From: Botryllus schlosseri
Taxonomy: Eukaryota
Reading direction: 5' to 3'
Length of the DNA stretch: 64,000 nucleotides
NCBI GenBank assembly: GCA_051294905.1
Contig: CM119371.1
Coordinates: 5,208,001 to 5,272,000, forward strand
Shown here: piece after piece, positions 12,122-25,279 of the stretch
Numbering within the stretch: the stretch's first letter is position 1
Layout of the letters: each line of letters begins with the position of its first letter
Program-made: the position numbers and the translations under genes
The notes under the pieces: model-generated
Database searches by the model: none
Told to the model about the DNA's origin: nothing
Seen by the model: the letters and a program-made list of their open reading frames with translations, nothing else

Positions 12122-14898
12122 ATTGATTCAATAGATTATATCTGAAAAAGTATACCTTGCGACGAAAGAGATCTCTGAATTCATGTGTGATGACTCTACT
12201 TGGAACCATACAGGAGAGATCCATTTCTTGGCAAAGGCGGATTTGCCAAATGCATTATACTTGTTGACACTATAGAATCTGTGTTACTGATTCTATTTGT
12301 CACATTCACTAATGCCATTTTGTAAAGACTCTAGTGAAAACAAATGTGGCCAAGAACTTGCAAGTTGCCATTTCTGTATGCTTATTATAACTAGAGCTGG
12401 GTTGATTTAGGGATTTTGAGGCAATACCGATGAAACTGAAACCAAACACCTTCGCCGATAACCTCGATGTTTTTTAGATTAGGCCACATTTTCACAAATA
12501 TAACAGCTTCACAGTCATTGCTATGCCTAGAACGTACATGAAATAAACTAGAAAGGCTGCATCTGGACACCTGTAAGATATAAGAAGCCTATCAATATTT
12601 CCAGTGTAGCAGTCGCACAGTATTTTGTGACTACGGCATGGCCACGCTGAAATTATTTATATATTAGCCTCTCATGGACGATACCAGTCTATCTTCCAAA
12701 GTGTGATATCGATACGGTGTTGTTAGCAAACCTGATGGGCCTGGCAGTAAATGCGAGCATTAATTTAGTGTTCATTTTAGGCACTTCTTGTGAATAAGCA
12801 TCATAAAGACGAAATGTGTCAAGAGACCAGTCTCCATCGCGGTTTGCTCGATTTTATGGATTTTTCAAACTCAAGAATTTCTTCCATATTGCTCTGTAGT
12901 TGTGCAAAAGAAGCGTAAAGCATTTCTTTGATACAGCTGTAATGTGTCTCAAACTGTTATGTTGGCAATTGCATCAACTCCGCCACGTCCATTACTAGCC
13001 GAGTACGACGACAAATTGATATAAATTGAACTGATTTTTGGTGTCATTCTTATTTAGAATTTAGTAATTCTAGTCTACTTTATAAAAAAAATGATGTAGC
13101 CTTGATTCTAATTCCAAGCACACTTGGAAAAACACGGAAGTTTTAATTCTGATCTAAATTGAAAAAAACTTGTGTAGCTTTAATGCTACTTCTAATCCAA
13201 TTTAGAAAAAAAAACTGTGTAGATATAATTATAATTCTAAGCTAGTTTGGATAAGCTGAAGATTTTCTTGTTCGACGAATCTGATCACATGAGGGATAGG
13301 CACAATCATTCGAGTACTCGATTTGAATCGAGTATTCTATCGAATGATTTGAGTCGAGTAGTGAGTTATGTTTTTTTGAGTACTGAAACAATACGCCTCT
13401 TGTCACAATAGTCGAAATTATTACCAACAAACCTAACTGAATATAACTGAGAGTTAATTTACGACTGACAAATATGGTTTCGAATGTGTTTTCTATGGAA
13501 GGCCGTATGTAAACATCGATTGGCTGTGTTGCAGTATACGAAACATGTAGTACAAAGCTACACTCGTTAATGGAAATGACATATCTGTGAAGTCGTGACC
13601 AACCCACAGCATTGTCACAAAGTGCAATGAAATATATATTGTACCGGTATGGTGAAAATATACAAGTTATCAGTAATGTGCTGTAGAACTGGCGTGACGC
13701 TGTCTGTGGTCGCATCAAAAGTACATACTTGAACTTTTCTACTATTCCATAATGTTGTGACCTGATACTAAGTGATAATCGACTCGAAGGCTAATACTCG
13801 GTTTAGAATCGAATTACTCTGATTTCATGTCGAATATAAAAAAAGCAGCATGAAATGAACTTTCTAATTCGGAAGGTCCACCTGCCCGCTAAATTGGTTG
13901 ACAAATTGCTTGTTTCCGACTAGCACAAACAGGTTGCGAATCACTAATTAGGATGTTCTCAACAAATACCATTGTTGTTTTCATTCTATCAATTCGATAA
14001 ACTTTGACTTTTTTGTCAGTCGCAGATATAAGTTTTCAAGTTATTGCACGTCATTACAGACACTCGTTATTGCATGCAACAGATTCTGCTTGTAGTCATT
14101 CATCTTCACAAATCAGGGATCGTTCATAGGTGTATCTCAAGGTAACGTTGGTTGCAGTGTTACTGGACTTGTGCAAACTAGTAGATTTTCATTGCACAAT
14201 TAGAACTATTACTACTCACTTTTAAAAACTACTCACTTTTCAAAATTTGCAATTACATCTAGAACTACTGGCTTTACAAAATTTGCATTTCGAAATCGAA
14301 CTACAACTACCGGTACTGACTTTTCAAAACTCTGAACTAGAACTAGAATAATTCATTTAGCAACAACTAGAACTGGCGACCGTTAAATATCTGCAACTAA
14401 CTCAACTCCAAATGCGGATAATTAATGGTGAGAATAAATTAATCGCAAACAGGCTACAAAATATCAAAAGGACTGGATTTCTAGTTTAGGGGTTGCGACC
14501 CCATAACCCTCCTCATGGCTATGCCGCTGTTAGTAGTGGTGACTCTGAGCTAGGGATGGCTGCCAACACATCACACAGCAGAACATCAGCAGCACAACTT
14601 GTGTCAACTAGTTGTTCGTAAACTAATTTTATTCAATGCCCATCTGAAACTACTCATAAAGCAAGTAATTCGTCGACCATATTTTATTTATGTAACTGGA
14701 TTTGTATTGACAGCCGGAGAACCTCTTCCTGAACAACAACATGGAGGTGAAGATTGGAAATTTTGGGCTAGCTACCAAAATCTACTTTGACACGCAGAGA
14801 GAACTTTTTTGGGCCACACCCAACTATTTCGCCCCGGAAGGTCTCGGCAGGAATGGACACATTTTCGAAATGTACACTTGGTCACCAGGTTGTATTTT
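12122..14898 (+). pseudogene. PLK1: PLK1-like pseudogene copy B, kinase exons 1-4 (12122-~12275, 12781-12914, 14020-14141, 14714-14898)
   Basis: EISEFMCDD...FLGKGGFAKC; ALLVNKHHKDEMCQETSLHR...FYGFF...LCKR; TRYCMQQILL...LHKSGIVHR; ENLFLNNNMEVKIGNFGLATK...TPNYFAPEGLGRNGH...W. AG/GT boundaries; stops and frameshifts in exons 1-3. Confidence 0.92.
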
Positions 14899-16485
14899 GT
14901 GAGTATGATCCAACACTCACCTGGGAGTTACTAAAAGGGGTTGCAAGGGCCTTAGGTGTAGAGATGAGTGAAATCGAATACATCACTAGTTTGATTTTGA
15001 ATCGAGTATTAGTCTTCGACTCGAGTATTCGAGTATATCTCGTTATGACACTATAACAGTATGAACGATGTGAAAGTTGTAATATGAACCTTTTCTGCCA
15101 CCACAAACAATGTAATGCCAGTTCTACATCACATCAAAGCTAATTTTTATATTTTAACCATACCTGTACGATACTTATTTCATGCACTATGTGACAATGC
15201 AGTGGTTTGATCACGACTTCACCTAAATGTCATTTCCACTAACGCTGCACCTTTATGCTGCCTATTTCTTAAGCTGCGATACGACCAGTCGATGATTACA
15301 GCCACCCTCATTTAGAAAGTAGTAATCAAGGTATAATTCTCTTAATGAACTCTTAGTGAACCCTTAGCATAAGATCTTAGCAAAAGGTATGTTATATCTG
15401 AGACTGGGAGTTGGTATTTTGATTTTTATTCTAATGTGCTCTGCAGTGTTGGGATGGCAGAGTCAACTTTTTCAAGTGTATTGACTTAACTGGAGTCGAG
15501 TCACCTTCAAAAATGAGTGACGTTACCTGACGCAAGTCTCCTTCGCGCAATCAAATCACAATAAAAAATCTAAACTTGGACTTGCCTAAAAATTCGAGTA
15601 ACTTGACTCGATTCAAAATGTGCAGCGACTCGATATGACATGTGACTCGAACATAGTGACTCGTTTCCAACTTTTCAACTGATTCTTGACAGTATTTTGT
15701 CGTTTGACCCATCACAACGACCTACAACAAAGCAAGCATTGTCCAGTGAGTTTTCCCATGGCTGTATTCCACAACAACTACCGGTCACCTGATTGACTAT
15801 CAGGCCCAGATCATCAAGTCGACTCCAGCCGAGTTTCACAACTGAGATTTTTATACTTCTATAATATGGTTACTGCTGAGTAAAATCAAGTACCTGATTG
15901 ACTCAATTCTGGATCGAGTATTTGGCTTCGAGTTGGGTATGTGAGTATCATCGATATTGACGTCATAACATTATGATAGATGTGGAAAGTTGAACTATTC
16001 TACCGCACAAACGTAATGCCAGTTCTATATCACAATCAAGATAATTTTGTATTTTTCATTACACTTTGTGACAATGCTTTGAGGTTTGGGTTGATCACGA
16101 TTAACAGAAATGCCAACGACGTTTGCATCCTTCTACAGTGTAAAATAGTATCGAAAGGATAAATCTCGTAGTGGTCGCAGAAAAGGTAGATGTTTCAACA
16201 TTCCACATCTTACACGCTGGTGTCATGCCGTAATGGGTGATACTATATTCAAAGAATAATTCCTGATTTATAATCGAATCACTCGGGTGCCTGGGTGCTA
16301 TTATCAAAAAGGCATAATTATATGTAATTTCTAATTAGAAGGTTCACGGATATGCAAAATTGGTCGCCGAATTTGACCAGCCCGCGAGCTCAAACAGGTT
16401 GAGAAGCACAGATTCAGATGTGCCCAACAAATAATATTGGTGATTTGATTTGGGCAATCCAATTAGCTTTGATATTTTTTGTCAG

Positions 16486-17066
16486 TCTGATGGAAGTTCA
16501 CAAACTAAGGCACGTCATCACAAAACCTGAGACTCGTTATTACATGCAACAGATTCTGCTTGGAGTCGTTTATCTTCACGATTGTAATATCATTCAAATG
16601 GATATCAAGGTAAGATTGGTGGCTGTGATACCGGACATGTTCTAACTATTGGGTTTATTGAAATGTGCTACTAGTATTAGAACTGGACTTAGTCACTTTT
16701 CAGAATTTTCAACTAGAACTTCAACTAACGATCATTAAGAATCCACAACTAACTAGTTAATAAACACACGAATTACTGAATTGCAATCAACTGAGAAATA
16801 ACAACATCACACAACAGAAAAAAAGGTACCACGATTCACATGAAAGGTGTTTTCTAGTTGTCCGACAACTAAACTTTTGAAATCCGCAACTAGAACTACT
16901 AAAAAAAGCAGTGGTTTGTTTTCCATCAACTAACTAGATTGGTAATTTGTAAAAGTCTGGATGCTTGAATATCTAAATGTGGAATTTGCATTGACAGGTG
17001 TAGAATCGATTCTTTAACAACAACATGAAGATGAAGATTGGAAATCCGGTCGATGGGTTGTGTTTT
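16486..17066 (+). pseudogene. PLK1: PLK1-like exon 3 (16486-16609) and internally deleted exon 4 (16998-17066)
   Basis: LMEVHKLRHVITKPETRYYMQQILLGVVYLHDCNIIQMDIK|gtaag; NNNMKMKIGNP...MGCV|gtgagt. Confidence 0.9.
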
Positions 17067-17831
17067 GTGAGTGTGATACAACATTGAGGTTGTAAGGTTC
17101 TTAGGTGTGGAGATGGGAAATATCACGCACCCGAGTACTTCGACTCGGTATCGAGTCGAGTATTTGAGTAGCATTCATTACAGCGTTAACAACATTTTGA
17201 TTGAATCGCAAAATTCAAATGTGTACCTTTTATGCAACCACAAAAAATACAACACTCAATTCTACATCATACCGAATCTTTTCAGCCATGCCTAATTCAT
17301 TGAACTTAGTGACAATACTGTATCTTGATTACGTCAGAGATATGTCATTCCCACTAGCGAGTGTAGTTTTTTACTACCTATCTCGTATGATGCGATATGG
17401 TAAATCGAGAATTCATGGCTTCCACAGAGGAAAATCACATCAAAACTACAATTCTCGTTGATAGATTTCATCTTAGTGACGAGGAGCGTAATATTTTAAA
17501 ACTAAAAAAATCATCTCTCACTTCTCGACTCAAATCAATAGAATTGATGCTCAACTCAGATTTCCATATCCGAATGTTTCCAGTCCTAGCCATAAGCTTC
17601 CCACTTAAAAACTTGATGCCTTTTCTAGTTTACCCTAGGCAAACATTGTTGGTCGATAAAGTACCATAATCTATTTTCAAACTTTCAAACTGAGCAACCA
17701 TAGAACTATTCACTTTTCCAAGTCCGCAATTAGAAATAGAACTAGTCAGAGTAAGACGTAGTTAGTCCGTCACCGAACTAGATTGGTAATATGTATGAGT
17801 CTCGATTTCATGTAATGATCATCTTGAATAG

Positions 17832-17942
17832 AAAATATCAAGAGATCATCTCCATCGCAATTTGAATCGCAAGCACGTTGGATTTCGTGGATTCTTCAAA
17901 GTCGAGGATTTTATCGACAACGCTCTCGGGTTGTGCAAAAGC
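17832..17942 (+). pseudogene. PLK1: PLK1-like exon 2 fragment
   Basis: HRNLNRKHVGFRGFFKVEDFIDNALGLCK; DNA clearly homologous to the other exon-2 copies. Confidence 0.8.
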
Positions 17943-18164
17943 ATTTTCTCGTTATAACTGTGATGTGTTTCAAAGTATGTAGGTCGCAATAGCATCTGCT
18001 CTGTAATATCCATCACTGGCAGACTTGGACAATCTAATCAGCCTAATTAGATCCAAATTATAATCATCCAGTTCTAATCTGATTTACCAAATGCTGTAAA
18101 GTCCACATTTTAATTACAATTTCAATCTAATTTCTAGTGTTTCTAAAATTACATCATAATTGAA

Positions 18165-18630
18165 TAGTATATCATATTGAAAGGAACCCGAATATTTCCG
18201 GCTGACACTCTCCAGGGGGTAATCGTCAGCAACTAGTAGAGAATTCGAAAAAACGGCGTATATCAACAATCGTAACACAAAATATGACGTCACCAGCACG
18301 AAATTTCGAATAGGAGAGCGTTCAATGTACTATTTCTAGATGATACACGAACTCTTTTTGTTGACACAGCCTTGGTTGGTGTATTTTGATAAAAGTCGAC
18401 TCCAAGGCACACAAATGGAAGTGTGAGCAACCCTTTCCGAGTATGCGAAATCTGTCGTCTCGATAATTTTTCGCACAAGCTGGATTATCCAACAAGTGTT
18501 TGCCAATTGCAGAATTTATGGACTTTGATTGATCCGCATCAATCTTGAGCGGATGAGTTAAGGGTGAGCTTTTCACCGAGCGTGTCCTAATGAATCTTAG
18601 GACATGCTGATTTATGCGTTTATGCGTTAC
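18165..18630 (-). mobile_element. Penelope-like element 3' fragment: GIY-YIG endonuclease C-terminus plus 3' UTR/pLTR with hammerhead-like motif
   Basis: RINQHV...SAIGKHLLDNPACAKNYRDDRFRILGKGCSHFHLCALESTFIKIHQPRLCQQKEFVYHL is the typical PLE GIY-YIG end; downstream CTGACGA (18229-18223) ... GAAA (18198-18195). Confidence 0.85.
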
Positions 18631-18706
18631 AAAATAGAACTAGCAATAGAACTACTCACTTTTCAAAATCCACAACTGAAACTTATACCCGTTATCTTAA
18701 TCCCAG

Positions 18707-18842
18707 GCATTGCTCGCGGATGATCACCATAAAACAGAATGTGTCAAGATCATGTGTCATCAATATCGCAGTTTGAATCACAAGCACGTCGTTGGATTTC
18801 ACAGATTTCGTCTACATCGTTTTCAGGTTGTGCAAAAGAAAG
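18707..18842 (+). pseudogene. PLK1: PLK1-like exon 2 copy
   Basis: cccag|ALLADDHHK...[11 protein letters not shown]...DFVYIVFRLCKRK|gtaaaag; internal deletion. Confidence 0.88.
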
Positions 18843-19249
18843 GTAAAAGGATTGCCTCGTTACAACTGTAATGTTTCTGTGACTGTGCTTGCCGCAAATG
18901 AATCAGCTCTGTTACGGTTTTTACTGGCAGACATGGACAACCAATCGATATAAATTTAACTGATTTCTGGTGTATTTCATTTGCGAATTTCGTAATTCCG
19001 GACGTATGGCAACCCTAAGCTACACTACAAATGTTTTTAATTTTGTCAACTGGGAAGCATCGTTTGGTCATATTTACATCATTTTTACAATTTTACAAAA
19101 CCAGCCGATGCATTTGCTCTGTCACAGTATCGTGATATAATTCCAAAAATTGCATCAATTTTGACTGAATCGCGAAAACGCATATTGCGATTTTCTTCCC
19201 CTCTGCAACTGAGTTGTAATTTGCAAGTAATGTCTAATATTATCTATAT

Positions 19250-20081
19250 CAGGGGTGGGCAACTTTTTCGGCCAACGGGGCACATGAGATTTACGAACCA
19301 TTGCGCGGGCCACTGGAATGATGATAACCTTCTTTAGTCGTCCGATAGGAGCGAACCGAATTAGTTAACATTGCAAACAAGACTTATATTAATACGCTCT
19401 AAAATTGATGACAATATGCCATGCAACTGTGCAGTGCGCAATCAGGCCCTGGTCGCGCGGATCGCGATTTTTTTTGCAAGATAATGACCTAATTATATCA
19501 ATAAATATTTTGCTTACATACATTGTGGGTAGCATCTGTATACCACTGGGCTCATTTGGCAAGGACATGGTTATTCGACGTTTAGACATAGCAAAATTGA
19601 CGGTATCAGTGAACATGTCTCTATCATTTTGTGGAAATGTTTTGTCGACGATCTCGCTGCGAGTGCACAAGCGAAGCCGCATGTTGGACGACACGTTATC
19701 TCCTAATTGCGAGTATTGTTAGACTCAATTCTGTGAATAATAGGTATTTATAATTTCCAGTAGGGGGCTCAAATACTGAATGCAAGAAATCTAGTGTCAA
19801 TGAATCATGTGAAGTACCGAGAAAAAGTTCAAGTCAAATAAATCTGCCATGAAATATTCTACTTTATGGTCGTATACGAAGATCTGGGGTAAACTGGCCT
19901 CTGGATACGTCAATGCGTCAGAACTGTTGTTTTAGTCATCATCAAATTTCGCGGTCATGCTAATCAAATTTTGGTTGGCCTTGCAATTTTACCTGATGTC
20001 ACAAATATTTTCGAGAATTACCTCGCAGGCCACACCTAGCCTCCTCGTGTGCCAAATTTGGCCACGGACTGGCCGCGCCTG
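19250..20081. mobile_element. Non-autonomous Buster-type hAT element
   Basis: CAGGGGTGGGCAAC ... GGCCGCGCCTG ends; TSD ATCTATAT / ATCTGTAT; 3' interior shares sequence with 44791-45447. Confidence 0.8.
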
Positions 20082-20517
20082 ATCTGTATGTACATAAAAA
20101 TTCTATTGAAAATTCTTTGAAAGCAAATGTTTTCATGATTTCATACTAATTCTAGTCCAATTCGAAACAAAAACTGTGTTGCAATCATTCTCATTTTCAT
20201 ATAATTCGGAGATTACTGTGTAACCATCATAATCATTGTACTCTGTTATGGAAAACACATTGTGGATGTACTGTAATTCTAATGCTAATATAATTTCATG
20301 AAGCTGAAATTTGTCTAGTTGACCAAGTTTGCAAATCCGCTTCTCCTGATCCTTGAATCTCTTCCTATTCAAACACTGAATAAGTTTACGATATCATATC
20401 CAAATGTAGATTCGTATTATAGTTTCAACTCCACAAATCTTGCTTTTTAAATATATTTGGAAATTATAGGTGAGTTAGTATGTGTGATTTGATTATTATC
20501 TGTGAATTTCTCACTAG

Positions 20518-20682
20518 AATATTGGCAAGCGACTCGTTTCATTGAAACCTCGGTAAAAAGAAGTGCTGGCGAGCGAGTTCTTCAACTGCTACTTGTCCCA
20601 GAAACTACGCAAAACCAAATTGACCATGGCGTCCAGGTTATCGGAAAGTCGTCACCAAAGCGTCCTCTGCAGAGTTTGAACG
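20518..20682 (+). pseudogene. PLK1: PLK1-like exon 6 (end of kinase domain, start of linker)
   Basis: ctcactag|ILASD...EVLASEFFNCYLSQKLRKTKLTMASRLS...KRPLQSLN|gtaat, matching PLK [29 protein letters not shown]...RKPLTVLN. Confidence 0.8.
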
Positions 20683-20990
20683 GTAATATTTTTTCGTAGG
20701 TCTTATCGAGTTCGATTTCCTGATTGATTCGATTCTGAATCGAGTATTACATTTCGAGCCGCGTACTCGAGTATCACTCATTATACCTTGACCCGACTGA
20801 TATCGTATTTTGTGCCAATGACAAAAAGTAGCACCTTCACCAATAACCCTGATATATCCGGCCGATATTGGAATAATATGACAACCAGCTTAAGTCACAT
20901 TTCCAAACCTTCAGAGCATTTATTTGAACAACTTCGCGCGCTGTTCCTATGTTTGAGCATGAAATGAACAAGTAAAAGATGCATCTGGAC

Positions 20991-21407
20991 TAGAGCCAGA
21001 ACGATATTGGATTTTTGGGCCGATTCCGATAAAACCGATATCTAACATCTTCACCGATAACACTGATATATTGAGCCGATATTCAAATAAGGGGGAATCT
21101 AGTTCAAAAGGCGCATTTTCAACAATTCAGAGCATTTATTTCTACAACTTTACAACCATTGTTGTACTTGAACATGAAATAGGCTGGAAAGAATGAATCT
21201 GGCAACTTTTAAAGTGTAAGCTATACGAAATATAGCAATATTGCCAGTCTAGCGGTCAAAAATTATAGTTCACCGACTTCCTATCATCTTTTTGTGACGT
21301 CACCAAAAAGCCGATATTTTTTCAGCTCCAATGGTCAATACCGATAATTCATTTAAAGTGTAATATCGACTCGATATCATCGGAGTACTGATAATCGGTC
21401 AACTCTA
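20991..21407. mobile_element. hAT MITE (TAGAG TIR, CCGATA-rich) nested in an older copy of the same family
   Basis: TAGAGCCAGAACGATAT ... ATCGGTCAACTCTA; TSD ATCTGGAC / ATCTGGAA; paralog near 12560 shows the empty site GCATCTGGACACCTGTAA. Confidence 0.75.
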
Positions 21408-23911
21408 ATCTGGAAACTTGTAAACATATGTCGTCACTAACAATAGAACTTCTATTCAGAGTACTCGAGTAGTTTTTCCGTATAGTTGCACTAATTGCTC
21501 AAGCCAGTCTAGTGGTTATGATTTCAGACTACTTGTGTATCTCCTATGTAACAGTTCAGTTTCTTAGGCAAAACTAGGTCTAGAATACCGTACTTGCTTT
21601 ATTACCTACTTTGAAGTTGCTACTTCTGCTTGTACTTGAGCAGACATTACAATGTTACTTCTATGCTCGAGTACCAATGATGACTGTTTTGACCACTTCT
21701 AAGCGATAAGAAATCGATAAATATTCCCAGTGTAGCGATCACAGATGATAGTTTTCCGACTGCCTGATACCATGTTATGGCGCTACAAAAATTCCAGGTA
21801 TCGATATCTTTCAAACTGTGATATTAGGCCCATTTACATGACGGTTTAAGTCAGCTTCGAAGCTGACTCGTCGATCCGACTCTCTCGTATTCGATGAAGA
21901 GAGAAAGGCAAACTGCTTCAAGTCGACTCGAGCCTCAAGCTGTTGTGTAATGTGGTTTACGATCGGATTGAGCATTCGGCCATCGGCGTCCGGCGATTTT
22001 CGTTCGACGGCGCTGGGTTTTGCCGCGCGGGCTCTTGGCATCGTAATTCGTGTTTTTCATCTGATGTTGAGAAATTGGGCAAACATGGCAAGGAAAAGTG
22101 GGGTAACTTTGTAAGTGCTCGCTTGTTTACGATGGAATATATATGTAGTACACCAGTACCGGTGTAGCAACCGTGCTCATTTACGGCAGTTTTATTAGCG
22201 ATTCCCTATGTGTTCTTTGATATTTGGCTGCGACGCTTCGATCTGTAGTAGCCTAGTTGCTGTCATCAGCTACATAAAATGGCTAACAAGGTAAAACGTT
22301 GCATCTGTATTTCTACTTCTCAGACTACAGTTCGGAAGAGATGTGGATTGTACCGGTACTACAATTCGACTACGACATGCATAGTGAACTGATGGAAGAA
22401 GCGGCCTTGCAGTGTGCTATATCGATACGGGAATACATGAACGATTGCTGCATTTCCTACATACTGTTCCACTGGATAAACTGATGTGAGCGCGCGTGTG
22501 ATGGGATGGAGCTGGTGTCTCTCCCGGGAGGATGATATGGAGATTTGTGCCTCTCCTGGTGATGATGAAGCGCAGCGGTGTTAGGATTATTGCTTTGTTT
22601 TTAGTTCTGGGTTATAGTGTCCTGCTGATATGATGCGGTCGTGCGGGTGTTCACGATTTTCAGCTTGCCGTTTTGATATTATTGTATTCATGGTAGCCTA
22701 TGTGTTTGTGAGGGTGCTGAAATTGGCACTTCTCATAGTTTAATTGATGGGTAGCAATTTAGTAGTAGTGCTCTATATTGCTCCTTATCACAGTTTTTAT
22801 AGACATTCTTGGTATTGTTAACTTCCTATTTGGTATATCATGCCGACAAGATGCTTCAATAAAATCTCTGCAGTAGTTGTATCGTGACTCTTGAGTCACC
22901 GGCATACATGGGGTAGTCTGTTACAGAGGAGCGGCCGAACAACTAGAGGCGACATGGGGGTTGCAAGTGGGTCACTTGAGTGTTAATGACCTTATTTTAA
23001 TCGCATCGATAAGTGATGCCTGAAATATCAAAACAGTCGGTACTCCCGCCTATACTCCACGGCCCATTTTCGTTGACGCCGAAAAAGCTAGCTGATAACT
23101 TATACTTGTTGTTTTCCTCTACAATACTTGTTGTTTTCCTCTACAATCATGATATAAACAAGATTATTTTCCTCTACAAATATCGATGTTATGAGTATCT
23201 CATCATCCTCGTTAATTTCGAGGATAAGAGACGTTTCAGAGTACGACCAAACACACATTGTCGTTGTACCTTTGCCCACCAAACTTACTACGAATATATA
23301 TTTGTAAGGGGTAAAGCGACACCGGGTCGTCCACGATACAGCTTCCTGAAGGATCATGTAAACAGGGCCCTTTAACGAGTCAGCTTGGAGATGAGGCGTG
23401 ACGTCACCGGAGACGACTTGAACGCCAAGTCGAGTCGAACATGTAACCAGGCCTATAGACTCGATATTATTGCCCGAATGGGGCTATCATGATACCTTAT
23501 TAAAATAAACCACCACTTGACATTCATGAAGTGGTCATGCTTCTCCTGATTGTTCAATTCAGCTTCTAGTCAGAGTTCAAAACTCATTTCACCTATGGCC
23601 ACATATTGAACTTCTCATGTAGAATGACATTTTTGATTGGTTTCAGTAACCCGTTTCATTCGAAGTGATTGTTGAGGTGCAGTCGTTTTCAAAGGGATGA
23701 ATAGCGTCGTTGGTACTGTTTCTTTTCCAAACATGCCACAGAAAACCCTATTTCAATGCAATGCAAATTTCGTCTGAATCTCAGCAGACATGTCCAAACT
23801 ATTGGACACTCAAAATGATTACTATAAGTAGGACTACTGATTTTTTAAACGAACAACTGGAATTAGAAGTAGAACTACTAACTAACTTTGAAATCTAAAT
23901 CTGAATTTCAG

Positions 23912-24020
23912 GCACTGTTCTTCAATGAGCATGAGAAAGGCAAATTGTTCATGAGATCAGTCTTCACTGCAGTTTGTATTGCAAGCTCGTTGTTGGATTT
24001 CACGGATTCTTCCGAACCAG
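23912..24020 (+). pseudogene. PLK1: PLK1-like exon 2, 3'-truncated
   Basis: atttcag|ALFFNEHEKGKL..EISLHCSLYCKLVVGFHGFF, then fused to TTCTAA repeats. Confidence 0.85.
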
Positions 24021-24617
24021 GTAATTCTAATCTAATTTGGAAAATGTGTAGCTGTAATTACAATTCTAATCTAGTTTGAAAAATATATCAAAGTTTTGTA
24101 GCGAGACAACTATGATAACAATGGATTGGCGTCATCATTTGAGTCCTTGAATCCTAACCAAGTATCTGTTCTAATAATTCGAACTCAGTAGGCCAAGTGA
24201 GAAATGATTTTTTTAGTACTGAAATGATACGCTCCTTGCCACAAGAGCAATGATGATTAACAATAACTTGAACTGAACTGACAGGTAAATTACCAATGGA
24301 AGTTCTATTATGAACATATTTCTCAGTGTGGAAAGCTGTAAACCTCGATTAGAGGTATCACAGCTTACTTTACATGTAGTACATAGCTCCGCACGTTAGT
24401 GAAAATGACATTTCTTGAAAGTCTTGATCAACCCACAGCATCGTCGGAAAGTGCAAGAAATAGGTATGCTCGAAAAATGCCGAATCATCTTTAATGTGAT
24501 GTACAACTGCCATGATGTTTCTCACGGTCGCATAAAAGGTCCATATTTGTACTTTCCGCATCATGCATTCTGGTGTGACATCATAATTAGTGATACCCAA
24601 ATACTCGACTTATTAGG

Positions 24618-24993
24618 TGGGCCTACCATATTTTGGAAATCTAAAAAGAGGACACTTTTTCAGAAATTTGAGACTTGCAAAACCGGAGAAGAATTCTCAA
24701 AAATCGGTGAATTTTGCCCACTTTGTGACCGGTTGACTGGAAAATTTTTAAAAAAGGTCAACTTTTCACTCAGAGCTCCAATCACCGTTTTTCACTCCGA
24801 AATACCCGCCATATAGTCACTTCTGTGCTAATTTACGGCATATCACTCGCATTTCGCTCTAAATGTGACCTAAATTTTCAAAAAAGAGGACAAAATCTCA
24901 AAAAAGAGGACAAAAGGGCGTCCTCCGAGGACACTTTTAAAAAAGTCAAGAAAGAGGACAAATCCTATTGAAAGAGGACGCATGGTAACCCTA
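24618..24993. mobile_element. Non-autonomous hAT (TAGGGTTACC-type TIR) with GAGGACA subterminal repeats
   Basis: Right end ATGGTAACCCTA, degenerate left end TGGGCCTACCATA; perfect TSD TTATTAGG at 24610-24617 and 24994-25001. Confidence 0.8.
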
Positions 24994-25279
24994 TTATTAG
25001 GCCTCATACTCAACTCAATTCTTCATCTCAGACCACATCGATAGTACCAAGCTAATATCATTTTTATTTATCAGGAGCCAAAGAATTATATCCGACGATC
25101 AAGTACAATACGATCCTGAATGAATGGAAAGTTCTCTTCTATGGCAAAGTTATCAAAGGGGTCAGAAGCTTCCATCATGCTATGGCCATAATACTGGCAA
25201 TATACTGGCTGTTCAACATCAAGTTCGCTCCATCAGCCTCTAATTGATGGTCCGTCGTCACGAACTCTCCTTCGAAACT

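Noticed and set aside
23405-23450. Third hammerhead-like motif (CCGGAGACGAC...GTCGAACA)
   Set aside because: Both conserved boxes are mismatched and the upstream Penelope similarity is too weak to support.
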